Below are positions 1 through 8,693 of a stretch of 24,000 bases of DNA, piece by piece. The stretch is from positions 882,484-906,483 of the forward strand of contig JARFXO010000001.1 of assembly GCA_029194665.1 (NCBI GenBank). The letters run 5' to 3'. The position numbers were made by a program, and so were the translations under genes. Numbering within the stretch: the first letter of the stretch is position 1; every line of letters starts with the position of its first letter. Source of the stretch: Nitrospira sp. (lineage in GTDB: Bacteria; Nitrospirota; Nitrospiria; Nitrospirales; Nitrospiraceae). The notes under the pieces were generated by a model. The model was given only the letters and a program-made list of their open reading frames with translations. It made no database searches and was not told where the DNA came from.

Positions 1-882
1 TACGCCTACCAACTTGTCGATGAGGGTATGGCCACCAAGTTCAATAACCTTCCCTTGCAGGACTGGCCTGATCTGAAGATCAGCAAATACGAACTTCGTG
101 TTCCCTCCATTGAGAAGCCCATCGCTATAGCCTATCTTGCAAGCAGAGATGGGGAACAGCCTGTTCTCTTAAATTGGGAAAATCTGGTTTCCGAACCCAT
201 CGGTGTCATGACCACGGATCTCTCAGAACTTGCTGCGATTGCCGGAGATGTTACGAAACATGTGCCGAATGGGGCAGTCGTTCTAGCATGGTGGGATACC
301 TCTCGCCAGTTGGGCTTGCTGTCGGGACGTGAGACCCTTTTCACGTCGCATCTTGGAGAACCAGTGATTACACCCACCTACTGGAAACAACGGTCGGATT
401 CTATCCGGGTGTACGAGAATCAGTTTTGGGGTAATTCGGGTTCGGGAGATGAGCAGCGAAGGTTTCAAATTTTTGCCGATGCGCTTTCCTCCGAGGCGAC
501 AAAGGGCGTCGCCATGCTTCGTGAACTGGTAGGTTCACGCGAAGCATATATCGTCGTGCATCCTGCGGATCTCTATAAGCTTGGTCTCATGCGCCCGGAC
601 AAGCTTGATATGGCTTTTAAGGATTTCCCTTTGACGGGGAACGTGCATGGGCTTGTCGGCCAGGTTAAAGCATGGATGAAAGAGAATGGGTATGATACAT
701 ACACGCTCCAGTCGGTCTCGGAGAAGGTCGTGCGGGCTTATTTTCTTAAGCAGAGTATCAAGGAGAAAACTTTGCTGGCTCAGATGCTGCCACTGATGAA
801 TTCAACCCCGATAGACTTTGAGGCGTTGCAACTTGTTCATAAGCAGGGCGGATACTGGATTTATAGGATTCCTTCGGTCTAA
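1..882 (+). CDS. HaoB-like protein (ORF2 of hydroxylamine-oxidation clusters), 5' end outside the window
   Basis: The frame is open from nt 1 (YAYQLVDEG precedes the first Met at 28), so the gene probably starts upstream. It sits directly 5' of cycA and cycB, which is the haoB position in haoA-haoB-cycA-cycB clusters. I do not recognise diagnostic motifs in the sequence, so the call rests on context. Confidence 0.5.
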   Translation, partial: YAYQLVDEGMATKFNNLPLQDWPDLKISKYELRVPSIEKPIAIAYLASRDGEQPVLLNWENLVSEPIGVMTTDLSELAAIAGDVTKHVPNGAVVLAWWDTSRQLGLLSGRETLFTSHLGEPVITPTYWKQRSDSIRVYENQFWGNSGSGDEQRRFQIFADALSSEATKGVAMLRELVGSREAYIVVHPADLYKLGLMRPDKLDMAFKDFPLTGNVHGLVGQVKAWMKENGYDTYTLQSVSEKVVRAYFLKQSIKEKTLLAQMLPLMNSTPIDFEALQLVHKQGGYWIYRIPSV

Positions 883-1050
883 GCTCATTCACAGAATGAA
901 GAGCAAGAATTTGATGGTGGCGGTCCGATATTGGTCATGCTAAACTGCCGGCGTTTTCTAGAGCTAATGATGCATAGGTGGTTATGAGGTCTCATGACCA
1001 GCAAAAATGATTACTGACTTTATTCAAATATTTATCGGAAAGGAGATGCC

Positions 1051-1776
1051 GTGAATCACCGCATAGCATACACATTCGTCGCTGCGACGGTATTCCTCGC
1101 CGTGGCAGGGACGGCTTGGGCGGAAGGAACATTTGAAGGGAGAAAGAAGTGTTACAACTGCCATAAAGGAGAGGGCGAGTCATGGGAGAAGACTCTCCAT
1201 GGTAAGGCAATGGAATCGCTCAAGCCCAGCAGAGGCAAGAAGAAGGACGAGGCCATGGTCAAGGCCAAGCTGGACCCCAAGAAGGACTATACAAAAGACA
1301 AGGATTGCGTCGGATGCCACGTCGATGGGTTTGGTAAGGAAGGCGGGTACGTCATCGAAGAGCCGGAGAAATTCTTAACCGGTGTCGGGTGCGAATCCTG
1401 TCACGGAGCTGGGAGCGACTATCGGAAGATTCACCGAAAAGCTGGTGAAGCGTTTGAAAAGTCGCAGAAGACCATGGAGAGGGCCCAACTTGTTGAAGCC
1501 GGACAGGATTTTGAGTTTGAAGAAAAGTGCAATGCCTGTCACCTCAATTATGAGGGATCGCCGTGGAAAGGTGCGAAAAAACCTTATACTCCGTTTACTC
1601 CTAAAGTCGACAAGAAATACTCATTTGACTTCGAAAAGTATGTGAGGAACGACAAGGCGATGCATGAGCATTTCAAGCTTGCCGGCACATTTACAGGTCC
1701 ACCCATGCCGAAGTTCCACGAAGAATTCCAGAAGAACGCTAAACCTCCGTTGAAATCCGATAAGGCGGAAGACTAA
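1051..1776 (+). CDS. cycA: Tetraheme cytochrome c554 (CycA)
   Basis: GTG start 6 nt after AGGAG. Signal peptide MNHRIAYTFVAATVFLAVAGTAWA. Four CxxCH motifs (CYNCH, CVGCH, CESCH, CNACH). Long stretches match my recollection of Nitrosomonas c554: FEGRKKC..CHK, DKDCVGCHVDGFG, LTGVGCESCHG, CHLNYEGSPWKGAK.PYTPFTP, KAMHEH.KL. Confidence 0.9.
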   Translation: MNHRIAYTFVAATVFLAVAGTAWAEGTFEGRKKCYNCHKGEGESWEKTLHGKAMESLKPSRGKKKDEAMVKAKLDPKKDYTKDKDCVGCHVDGFGKEGGYVIEEPEKFLTGVGCESCHGAGSDYRKIHRKAGEAFEKSQKTMERAQLVEAGQDFEFEEKCNACHLNYEGSPWKGAKKPYTPFTPKVDKKYSFDFEKYVRNDKAMHEHFKLAGTFTGPPMPKFHEEFQKNAKPPLKSDKAED

Positions 1777-1778
1777 CA

Positions 1779-2375
1779 ATGGCAAAGCTAGGGACATTAG
1801 CTGCCGGCGCAGTTCTTGGGATTGGAGCCATCGCTGTTGTTTTTGGAGGTGAAGCAGCGGTTTCCAGGACCGAGTTCTGCATAAGTTGTCACTCAGAAAT
1901 TTACCCCTATGAGGAGCTGAAAAAATCATCACACTGGGGTGCACTTGGTATGGATCCGGGATGTAAGGATTGCCATGTGCCTCAAGGATTGTCAAACTTT
2001 CACAAGGCGATCTATACACACGTTGTAGACGGTGTGCCCTTCTTGATCAAGGAGTTCACCACTGACTATTCAACTGTCGAAAAATTCAATGAACACCGTC
2101 CAGAAGCTGCTTATCGCGCTCGAATGAAGCTTAAAGAATGGGATAGTCTCACGTGCAGAGCGTGTCACAAGAATACGAAGCCGCCAGGCGCTTCGGCTAA
2201 AGCGGCACATGCCAAGATGCAAAGCGAAGGGGCAACGTGTATCGATTGCCACCAGAACCTCGTGCATAAGAAAGTTCCTGAACACGATCTTAACGCGAGC
2301 CTTGCACAAGGTCGTCCGGTTATAAAGGAAGTCAAGAAGAAGAAAGACGATGACGACGAAGACGAGAAGGACTAG
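1779..2375 (+). CDS. cycB: Membrane-anchored NapC/NirT-family tetraheme cytochrome (cM552, CycB)
   Basis: ATG lies 2 nt after the cycA stop. N-terminal TM helix (LAAGAVLGIGAIAVVFGG). Four CxxCH motifs (CISCH, CKDCH, CRACH, CIDCH). Position after cycA fits cycB. Acidic/Lys-rich tail KKKKDDDDEDEKD. Confidence 0.85.
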   Translation: MAKLGTLAAGAVLGIGAIAVVFGGEAAVSRTEFCISCHSEIYPYEELKKSSHWGALGMDPGCKDCHVPQGLSNFHKAIYTHVVDGVPFLIKEFTTDYSTVEKFNEHRPEAAYRARMKLKEWDSLTCRACHKNTKPPGASAKAAHAKMQSEGATCIDCHQNLVHKKVPEHDLNASLAQGRPVIKEVKKKKDDDDEDEKD

Positions 2376-2403
2376 CACTTAGCGAGATCACTCGACCGCA
2401 GTT

Positions 2404-2451
2404 AAGCGTCAGGGCTGTATCCATTTCTAAGGTGGTATGGCCCTGATGCTT
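2404..2451. terminator. Hairpin between convergent cycB and the MOSC gene (possible bidirectional terminator)
   Basis: AAGCGTCAGGGC (2404-2415) pairs with GCCCTGATGCTT (2440-2451), giving a 12-bp stem with one G-U pair. Neither side has a clean U-tract, so function is uncertain. Confidence 0.35.
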
Positions 2452-2474
2452 AGCCGAAAGAAAAAAGCAGCCTC

Positions 2475-3203
2475 CTAGTCGAATACCTTCGTGGGCCCAT
2501 CCAGCCGTGCTGCAATGTTCTCTGGTATCCCGTTGACTGCACGCCGTTTGAGTTTTTCACGCCATCTTGTTGAGAGGTAGGCGCAGTCGGCGAGCTCCTG
2601 AGCAGCCTTCCGATCATCGATCAGATGATGCATCACCTCGTTCGCGGCGGATACCGTCCAGTTTGGGTGATGGCGTTCAAGAAGGATGAGTCTGTTTCCA
2701 GCCTGGACATGACCTTCTTTGACGACACGGAAATACCAACCGGTTCGACCGGTTTCTTGAACACGAAGTGCCAGATCGCTGACACGCCAGCGGCGAGCGA
2801 GTTTCCAACATGGTTGTCTTGGTTGAGACACTTGAACCAATGACTCGCCAACCGCCAATACATCCCCGATACAAAGATTACTTTCTACCAGACCCTGAGT
2901 TGTAAAGTTCTCCCCGAAGGCCCCAAGTGGAAGCTTGGGCAACATTAAGGTTTGCGACCAATAGGGATAGTGCTCAAAAGGGTAGACATTGACTGCCTTT
3001 TCTGGGCCACCGTGATTCTCAAGATCTGCTTGCCCATCACCTTGGAGATTGGTCCGTCCCAACCAAATTAGCCCGGACGTCGGCTCCTTAAAAAAGCCGG
3101 TTGTCCAAGCCTGATCCATTGGGTCAGGCGACTGGTTGCTCCCAACCGTTTTCGGTAACCCGATTTGTAGAGAAATGACAGTTGCGCTTATGGTGTCTTT
3201 CAA
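2475..3203 (-). CDS. MOSC-domain protein, YiiM-like
   Basis: TTG start 6 nt after GAGGAG. The sequence has the YiiM/MOSC pattern: ...GDGQADLENHGGPEKAV..Y..EHY..W, GAFGENFTT.GL.E..LCIGD, VSQPRQPCWKL, TGRTGWYFRV..EG.V.AG. Confidence 0.8.
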   Translation of the reverse strand: MKDTISATVISLQIGLPKTVGSNQSPDPMDQAWTTGFFKEPTSGLIWLGRTNLQGDGQADLENHGGPEKAVNVYPFEHYPYWSQTLMLPKLPLGAFGENFTTQGLVESNLCIGDVLAVGESLVQVSQPRQPCWKLARRWRVSDLALRVQETGRTGWYFRVVKEGHVQAGNRLILLERHHPNWTVSAANEVMHHLIDDRKAAQELADCAYLSTRWREKLKRRAVNGIPENIAARLDGPTKVFD

Positions 3204-3243
3204 GACGAGCTCCTCGCTTCAATGAAACTTCTTAATCATCCTA

Positions 3244-3573
3244 TCAAATGTCCCCTCGTTCCCCTAGGTGGTCGATGCGAGAGGCAATGGCATGGTAAGT
3301 TCGGTACAAAGTCCTCGCCCTCACGCGGCTCTCCAAGCGACCATTGCTGCCTGAGTGGGCGTGCAGTCGACGATCCTTGGTGTTCCATTCCAGCCTCAAA
3401 TGCGTGGCGGCCTGCGTAAGGCGAGCAGCCATCCACAGATTCCGCCAATACCTACGTGACGTGCCGGTCCTGAGCTTGCTGATAAAAGCCAATCGAAAGC
3501 TCACGAACGAGTTTTCAGATGCCAGCATTGGAAGCAATCGCTTGGGAAGATTTAGGAAAGCCGGTGTCTTCAC
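3244..3573 (-). CDS. Hypothetical protein (109 aa)
   Basis: A GTG start overlaps the stop of the upstream membrane-protein gene (GTGA), suggesting translational coupling. The ORF fills the gap to the MOSC gene. It is Arg-rich with no motif I recognise, and it may not be a real gene. Confidence 0.35.
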   Translation of the reverse strand: MKTPAFLNLPKRLLPMLASENSFVSFRLAFISKLRTGTSRRYWRNLWMAARLTQAATHLRLEWNTKDRRLHAHSGSNGRLESRVRARTLYRTYHAIASRIDHLGERGDI

Positions 3574-4451
3574 GAACCGCTTGTTCTGCTCAGGATTCTA
3601 TTTGATCTGTTCAAGCACCAGCCCCAAATACGCTTCATGCCATATAGTGTCGGCCTTGCTCCTCCGATGGCTACCGCGTCAACCAAACAGTACCATGCTC
3701 CAACTCCGCTGGGTGGATTTCCTTGAGGCCATCCGAGAAGAGGATCTATGGTCGCCCATTTCCAAGCGCCCACGGCAGTTCCGATCAGTTCCAGCCATGT
3801 TGTAATAAAAAACGCGGCAAGGTAAACCATCGGCGACCTGCCGATCAGCAGCCAAACTAAAAATATGGAGAATAGCAACGGACCAACCCAATCGCCACGT
3901 TCCGGGTATCCGCTGACTCCCCATAGTGACCAGGTGCCCCATACCGCCACCACAAAGATAGCTATCTTTCGGGGGTGGCCTACAAACAGCCCGGATCGCG
4001 CAAGCGCTACGGCAGTCAGGTAGACCATCCCATGACCGGGCGGAACGTAGGCTGGCACATTTTCGAACCGATACGTGTATCCACCCATGTAAATAGACGC
4101 GAAATGCTCGCCCATGGTTGCAAATAGCACGGCGATGATGACCTGAGCCTTCGTTTCTCGATTCTCACCAAGCAACATGGCACCGAGGAATATCCATGCG
4201 AACCCTCCAAGAAGTTGTTGCCGCTCGACACTCGCGCTGATCTCGAACAGGGAACTGACGGCAACGCTGAAGAATGTAAATGCAGCGATCAAGTAATCGC
4301 GGGTTCGATGTGTATCGAGGGGACTGGCTTTGGGGAAATGGCGGAGAGCAATTCGCTCTATGCTAGTGAACCAAGGCCCAAGATGCTGAGTACTTGAAGG
4401 GGCGTCCATACGGTAAACTGAGCTTCCAAAATGATGCGGTGTGCCGTGCAA
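3570..4451 (-). CDS. Hypothetical polytopic integral membrane protein
   Basis: 293-aa ORF with at least 6 hydrophobic segments (e.g. YLIAAFTFFSVAVSSLF, GGFAWIFLGAMLL, VIIAVLFATMG, MVYLTAVALA, IAIFVVAVWGTWSLWGV, LLFSIFLVWLLIG, VYLAAFFITTWLELIG). The start is uncertain: TTG at 4451 or ATG at codon 15. No family recognised. Confidence 0.7.
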   Translation of the reverse strand: MHGTPHHFGSSVYRMDAPSSTQHLGPWFTSIERIALRHFPKASPLDTHRTRDYLIAAFTFFSVAVSSLFEISASVERQQLLGGFAWIFLGAMLLGENRETKAQVIIAVLFATMGEHFASIYMGGYTYRFENVPAYVPPGHGMVYLTAVALARSGLFVGHPRKIAIFVVAVWGTWSLWGVSGYPERGDWVGPLLFSIFLVWLLIGRSPMVYLAAFFITTWLELIGTAVGAWKWATIDPLLGWPQGNPPSGVGAWYCLVDAVAIGGARPTLYGMKRIWGWCLNRSNRILSRTSGS

Positions 4452-4683
4452 TTCCTAGAATGGTGAGTCTTGATGAACCATGTTGAACAAGTAGCGCAGG
4501 TATCATACAGGACCGTCCGCGAACGGGCAAGTTCTGGTGAGGTGGCGGTCGAATTTTTCAGAAATTACGTTCGATCAAGAGTGGTCGATTCGAGCCAAGG
4601 GTCGGATCGATGATGCATGGGAATGTCTTAGATAGCATGGTGAAGAGAAGCATAGGCAAAAGGTGTGTGTAAGACGAATCGGT

Positions 4684-4744
4684 GGAAAGAAGAAACAGAA
4701 ACGCCGACCCGGCTGACCATCTTTCGATGGGGCGGGGTCGGCGT
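4684..4744 (-). terminator. Rho-independent terminator of amoCAB
   Basis: About 20 nt after the amoB stop (minus strand): a perfect 10-bp stem ACGCCGACCC/GGGTCGGCGT (4735-4744 with 4701-4710), with an inner CCATC-GAAA-GATGG hairpin. It is followed by the U-rich tract UUCUGUUUCUUCUUUCC. Confidence 0.7.
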
Positions 4745-4764
4745 CTTGTCAGATGCGCGCTGCT

Positions 4765-6024
4765 CTAGGTTCCCAGTCTGGTAAAGACCGGGAGAACAGG
4801 AGCCCAGATCGGGTTGATGAGCCGATCACCAGAATCGGTCCAGGACATCAGCAATCCTGCGAAGCGCTGATCCGGGTCGTGGAGGATATCCACTAACCGC
4901 TGCACTTCCCACAGGACGTCCTTTGACTCGACCTTGACGTCCACGGTTTGGCCAGGTTGGATTGCAGCTTCGTTGTCCATCGTTAAACCGGCCTGAGCGA
5001 CGAGCTCGGCTGGATAGTTTGGATCTAGCTTAGCTGCGCCGAACTTATTGGTGAACCGGATACCGGCTGTCGTGAATTCACCAATAGTTACCGGTTGCGT
5101 ACCGTTATTCGTCGCATGGAGATTCATACGCAAGGCTCGGCCAGGAACATCGTACTCTGCATGGGTGACCTCAACCACCAGCGGGTTAGGCTTGATGGGT
5201 AGCGGCTTGATCTTTGCCTCCCCTGCCTGAAGTGGTACGCTGACCGGGTGTCGTGCATCGGCCGCGAGATAACCGACGGTTACGACGACCAACACGAAGA
5301 TCAGCACCACGGTTCCAACCTTGCGATCGATGGGGTCAAGGAGAAGCTCCTCACCATAGGCGGCCAGTACCCGAGCCCGGACCAAATACATCGGCCGGAC
5401 CATAAAGAAGCCGACCCAGAAAATCGCCACGGCTCCCCAGAACAGATGCCACATGATTCCAGTGGCAGTACCCATGGTTTCCGAGTCGAACGTCTCACCC
5501 GTCAGTGTCTTGATCGGGTTCGTGAAATCTTCAGACCGACCCGTGATATCCATCCAGCCACCAGGTCCTGCGATCGGACCTGCGTCCTTGACGGCAAACA
5601 TTGGATGGATATGATGATGGCCGGGGAGTCGTGCCTTCAGGACAACCACATACTCGTAATCCCGGCCAATTTCCATTGGACCAGCGACGAACATGGGCGT
5701 TCCATTTATCTTGGAGCTAAGACGTACGAACACAGAGCTTGGGGAACCAACGTTGAGGAACGTCCGGTTCGGCTTGACGACTGCACGAGGCCAATCCTCT
5801 GACAAATGAAATTTGCCTCGCAGTTCGGTCACGCCATTGACCGGGGTCGACTTCCCAACCCATTGAGTGTCATACCAATTCACAGTGCGCATCCGCAGGA
5901 ACGGCTCCTGCGATCGCTCTCCATGAGCATATGCAGGAGTGATATCGAGAGCCGGCGTGAACGCCAGCGTCGCCACTCCGCAGAGACCCATTACCCAGCG
6001 TTTGAAGACGTGTTTAGCGTTCAT
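4765..6024 (-). CDS. amoB: Ammonia monooxygenase subunit B
   Basis: I place the start at the internal ATG ([10 protein letters not shown]...), which overlaps the amoA stop as ATGA and is preceded by GGGGGGAAAG. Signal peptide ends ...[19 protein letters not shown], giving an N-terminal His. HxH is present in [11 protein letters not shown]. Two TM helices lie mid-protein. The 419-aa length is typical of AmoB/PmoB. Confidence 0.95.
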   Translation of the reverse strand: MNAKHVFKRWVMGLCGVATLAFTPALDITPAYAHGERSQEPFLRMRTVNWYDTQWVGKSTPVNGVTELRGKFHLSEDWPRAVVKPNRTFLNVGSPSSVFVRLSSKINGTPMFVAGPMEIGRDYEYVVVLKARLPGHHHIHPMFAVKDAGPIAGPGGWMDITGRSEDFTNPIKTLTGETFDSETMGTATGIMWHLFWGAVAIFWVGFFMVRPMYLVRARVLAAYGEELLLDPIDRKVGTVVLIFVLVVVTVGYLAADARHPVSVPLQAGEAKIKPLPIKPNPLVVEVTHAEYDVPGRALRMNLHATNNGTQPVTIGEFTTAGIRFTNKFGAAKLDPNYPAELVAQAGLTMDNEAAIQPGQTVDVKVESKDVLWEVQRLVDILHDPDQRFAGLLMSWTDSGDRLINPIWAPVLPVFTRLGT

Positions 6025-6863
6025 GCTTTCCCCCCGATCTTTGCCTTGTCGCCGTGGGCCAACGTGGCATATGCAAATACGTCGTGCACCTTCGTGGTCC
6101 GCTGTCTGTCGTCCGTGAGGTAGAAGTACGAGGTACAGAAGAACTTCCCGAACTGCCACCACAAGATATACATCAAGGACGAGGCGAACGCGGCGAAGAA
6201 GGAGGAGATCATCGTGCTGTGCCCGCCGAAGGTCCGCAGCGAGCCCACCTCGATCATCCGAATGTACTCCGGCGTCCCGGTCCGGACATACGCGAAGCCC
6301 ATGTAGTCCGCCCAGGAGAGCAAGGTGCCATCGACGACGAGCGGCGTATGGCTATAGGCAAAGATGGCCCAGTTGGTCGGGTAGAACAAGGCCGCAAACA
6401 TCCAGGCGCCGATCACCGCCGTCAACGTCCAGTTCCTGGTCAACAACAGCACGATGTCCAGGACGATGGCGCTCGGCAGCAGCGTGGACGGCATGACGAA
6501 GTTGTAGGGGTAGTTCGACCACCACCACCAGGCCGCCACGATGGTGACCCACTTGCCGGCGAGCAGCGCCAGGATGGTGATCGTGGCCCCAAAGGGCTGA
6601 CGATAGTTCACCCAATTGTAGTACTGCAGCGCCGCGCAAAAGGTAATGGCCGTGATCGGCGTCACGATCGGCCACCATTGCCGATCCTTCCAGTCCAACC
6701 AGAAGTCCCAGTCGCCCGCCAGCAGATCGAAGTGCATGTGGAACGTGCCCACGATGGTGACAAACAAGATCGGAATGAAATAAATGTAGTCGATGTGCCG
6801 AGACATCGCGACGCCTTCCGGCGGCAACTTCGAGGCCTTAATAATCTCGTCGGTTCTAAACAT
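6021..6863 (-). CDS. amoA: Ammonia monooxygenase subunit A
   Basis: [29 protein letters not shown]...[23 protein letters not shown]...[24 protein letters not shown] is an unmistakable AmoA/PmoA pattern. SD GGAGGAAGG lies upstream. Confidence 0.97.
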   Translation of the reverse strand: MFRTDEIIKASKLPPEGVAMSRHIDYIYFIPILFVTIVGTFHMHFDLLAGDWDFWLDWKDRQWWPIVTPITAITFCAALQYYNWVNYRQPFGATITILALLAGKWVTIVAAWWWWSNYPYNFVMPSTLLPSAIVLDIVLLLTRNWTLTAVIGAWMFAALFYPTNWAIFAYSHTPLVVDGTLLSWADYMGFAYVRTGTPEYIRMIEVGSLRTFGGHSTMISSFFAAFASSLMYILWWQFGKFFCTSYFYLTDDRQRTTKVHDVFAYATLAHGDKAKIGGKA

Positions 6864-6981
6864 AAGTGCCTTCCTCCGTCAGTTCAGCCGGCTGAGGCGG
6901 GGCCAGCGCTCCGTCCCTCGGAGCACCGCACCCCTCCTGCACCGCCGACCGCTCGTTATGTGGACTGCTCGCTATTCCTGC

Positions 6982-7794
6982 TTAGTACCCCGCCCCCTTG
7001 GCGTTGGGGTCTACCTGGCTGGGGAACGGATCCAGGATGCTCTTCGGCGCGTTGTTCCAGATCACGTCCGCCAGATTCGACATCCGGCTCACGATCTGCG
7101 CCGCCACTCCACCGGCCGCCCCAAACAACCCGCACCAACCCAACGTCACAAAGCCCCAGTGCAACGGCGCCGAGAACAGCTCATCCACGAACCAGAACGC
7201 ATGGCCCCACTCGTTCAACCCCACGTTCGGCAGAATGAACATCGGCCCCACCACCGCCGCCACCAGCGCAAACGAAGTCGCCTGGTTGTACAACGGGAGC
7301 CGCGTCTGCGCATACAGATAGCTCGACACCCCGCACGTGATGTACAGCGGGAACGTCCCGTAGAACGCGACAATGTGGCTCGCCGTGAAGCTCGTGTCTC
7401 GGATGATCACTTGATGCCACGCCGCATCCTGCTCCAACGTGTAGCTGCCCGCGTAGTACACGCCCCAGATGTAACAGGCCAGCCAGCCCATCCAATAAAA
7501 ATACCGCTTCAACTCCAGCTTGGGGTCCAGATTGGCCAGATTGCGGTCCCGGGTGGTCCAGATCCATCCCACCGACACCGCAAAGAACAAGGCGTTCGCC
7601 ACGATGTTAAACCGCCACAGTCCCATCCACACGGAGTCGAATTCCGGGGTCATCGAATCCAACCCGTGCGAGTACCCAAACGCCCGTTGATACAGGACCC
7701 AAAAGATGCCCATCATCAGCATCGCCGCCCACCCGATCTTCCACGGCTTCGAATCGTACCACTGCGAAATGTCATACCCTCGATCGTTTGCCAT
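6982..7794 (-). CDS. amoC: Ammonia monooxygenase subunit C
   Basis: [22 protein letters not shown]..., with multiple TM helices and the AmoC/PmoC pattern ([31 protein letters not shown]). SD GAGGAGG lies 7 nt upstream. First gene of the C-A-B order. Confidence 0.95.
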   Translation of the reverse strand: MANDRGYDISQWYDSKPWKIGWAAMLMMGIFWVLYQRAFGYSHGLDSMTPEFDSVWMGLWRFNIVANALFFAVSVGWIWTTRDRNLANLDPKLELKRYFYWMGWLACYIWGVYYAGSYTLEQDAAWHQVIIRDTSFTASHIVAFYGTFPLYITCGVSSYLYAQTRLPLYNQATSFALVAAVVGPMFILPNVGLNEWGHAFWFVDELFSAPLHWGFVTLGWCGLFGAAGGVAAQIVSRMSNLADVIWNNAPKSILDPFPSQVDPNAKGAGY

Positions 7795-8045
7795 AGTGGG
7801 ACCTCCTCGTTGTTAGAACGAATGTGCTAGCCTTCTCCCTAAAGAGGCACATACAGACCACTGCCTCAAGTCTCCTCCAGAGATGAACCGCCAGGAGCTC
7901 TACTCCTTTCATTCGAAGAGCTGCTGATCCATCTAATGCTCTAATCCTTAGCAAAACATCATTTCCTGTGCCATAAGGCACTTCCCTAGAGTTCAAAAGG
8001 AAATTCCACGGGAAGGATCCAAAGAGAATGGAAAGGATTGCGAGG

Positions 8046-8693
8046 CTATTCCGATGAGGGAGTGAGGCCGTGTGCCAGTGCGTACTTGGTCAGCTCAGCC
8101 GTCGTATGGAGGCCCAGCTGTTCCATCAACTTTGACTTATGATACTCGACCGTCTTTGGAGAAAGACCCAGGGTTGAAGCGATTTCTTTGAGCGTCCGGC
8201 CCTCGGCCACTAATTGGAGAATCTCTCGCTGTCGCACGGGCAAGCGGTTCTGCCCACCGATGTTCGGCTCCGAGTCAGAGATTGCGGATTGAACCAAATC
8301 CTTGGCAATCAAGGAAGTGACGTAATAATTGCCGTTCCTCACAGCCTCAATAGCCAATGACAGCTCGGATCCTGCCGACCGTTTCAGCAGGTAGGCCGAT
8401 GCGCCGGCCTTGAACGCTTGATTGACATAGTCCGGATCGGCATGCACGGTGACAAAAATCAATCGGGCCTGGGGAACGATCTTTCGCAAGCGGCGCGCCG
8501 CATCGAGACCATTCAGTTGCGGCATCGAAATGTCCAAGACCACGATGTCAGGCCGCAATCGCTTCGCCGCATCCAGCAAAGACCGCCCGTCCTCTACGGA
8601 CCCTACCACCTGACACTGCTCTTCCAGCAGTTTCTTGAATCCTTCCAGCACCAGCGCATGGTCATCCGCCAAGAGGACGCGGGGCTTGCTCAT
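8046..8693 (-). CDS. NarL/FixJ-family response regulator (REC + LuxR-type HTH)
   Basis: I place the start at the internal ATG (MSKPRVLLADDH...), which overlaps the kinase stop as ATGA. REC motifs are present: DD, D in VVLDISMP, and K in AYLLK. The C-terminal LuxR HTH reads REILQLVAEGRTLKEIASTLGLSPKTVEYHKSKLMEQLG. Confidence 0.9.
   Translation of the reverse strand: MSKPRVLLADDHALVLEGFKKLLEEQCQVVGSVEDGRSLLDAAKRLRPDIVVLDISMPQLNGLDAARRLRKIVPQARLIFVTVHADPDYVNQAFKAGASAYLLKRSAGSELSLAIEAVRNGNYYVTSLIAKDLVQSAISDSEPNIGGQNRLPVRQREILQLVAEGRTLKEIASTLGLSPKTVEYHKSKLMEQLGLHTTAELTKYALAHGLTPSSE

Noticed and set aside
3222-3805. Plus-strand ORFs (65 aa and 153 aa) overlapping the minus-strand hypothetical and membrane-protein genes
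   Set aside because: The Cys/Arg-rich translations are implausible, and the opposite strand gives a coherent polytopic membrane protein with coupled downstream ORFs.
6054-7830. Very long plus-strand ORFs (394 aa and 345 aa) antisense to amoA and amoC
   Set aside because: Their translations are low-complexity and rich in Arg, Pro, Gly and His. They lie opposite genes with unmistakable AmoA and AmoC sequence. This is the typical stop-poor antisense frame of GC3-biased genes.
7940-7985. Sigma-54-like TGGCAC ... TTGCT upstream of amoC (minus strand)
   Set aside because: The TGGCAC and TTGC elements are 13 nt apart instead of the ~5 nt (GG-N10-GC) required, so it is not a sigma-54 promoter. Only the GTGCC/GGCAC palindrome is retained, as a weak operator candidate.
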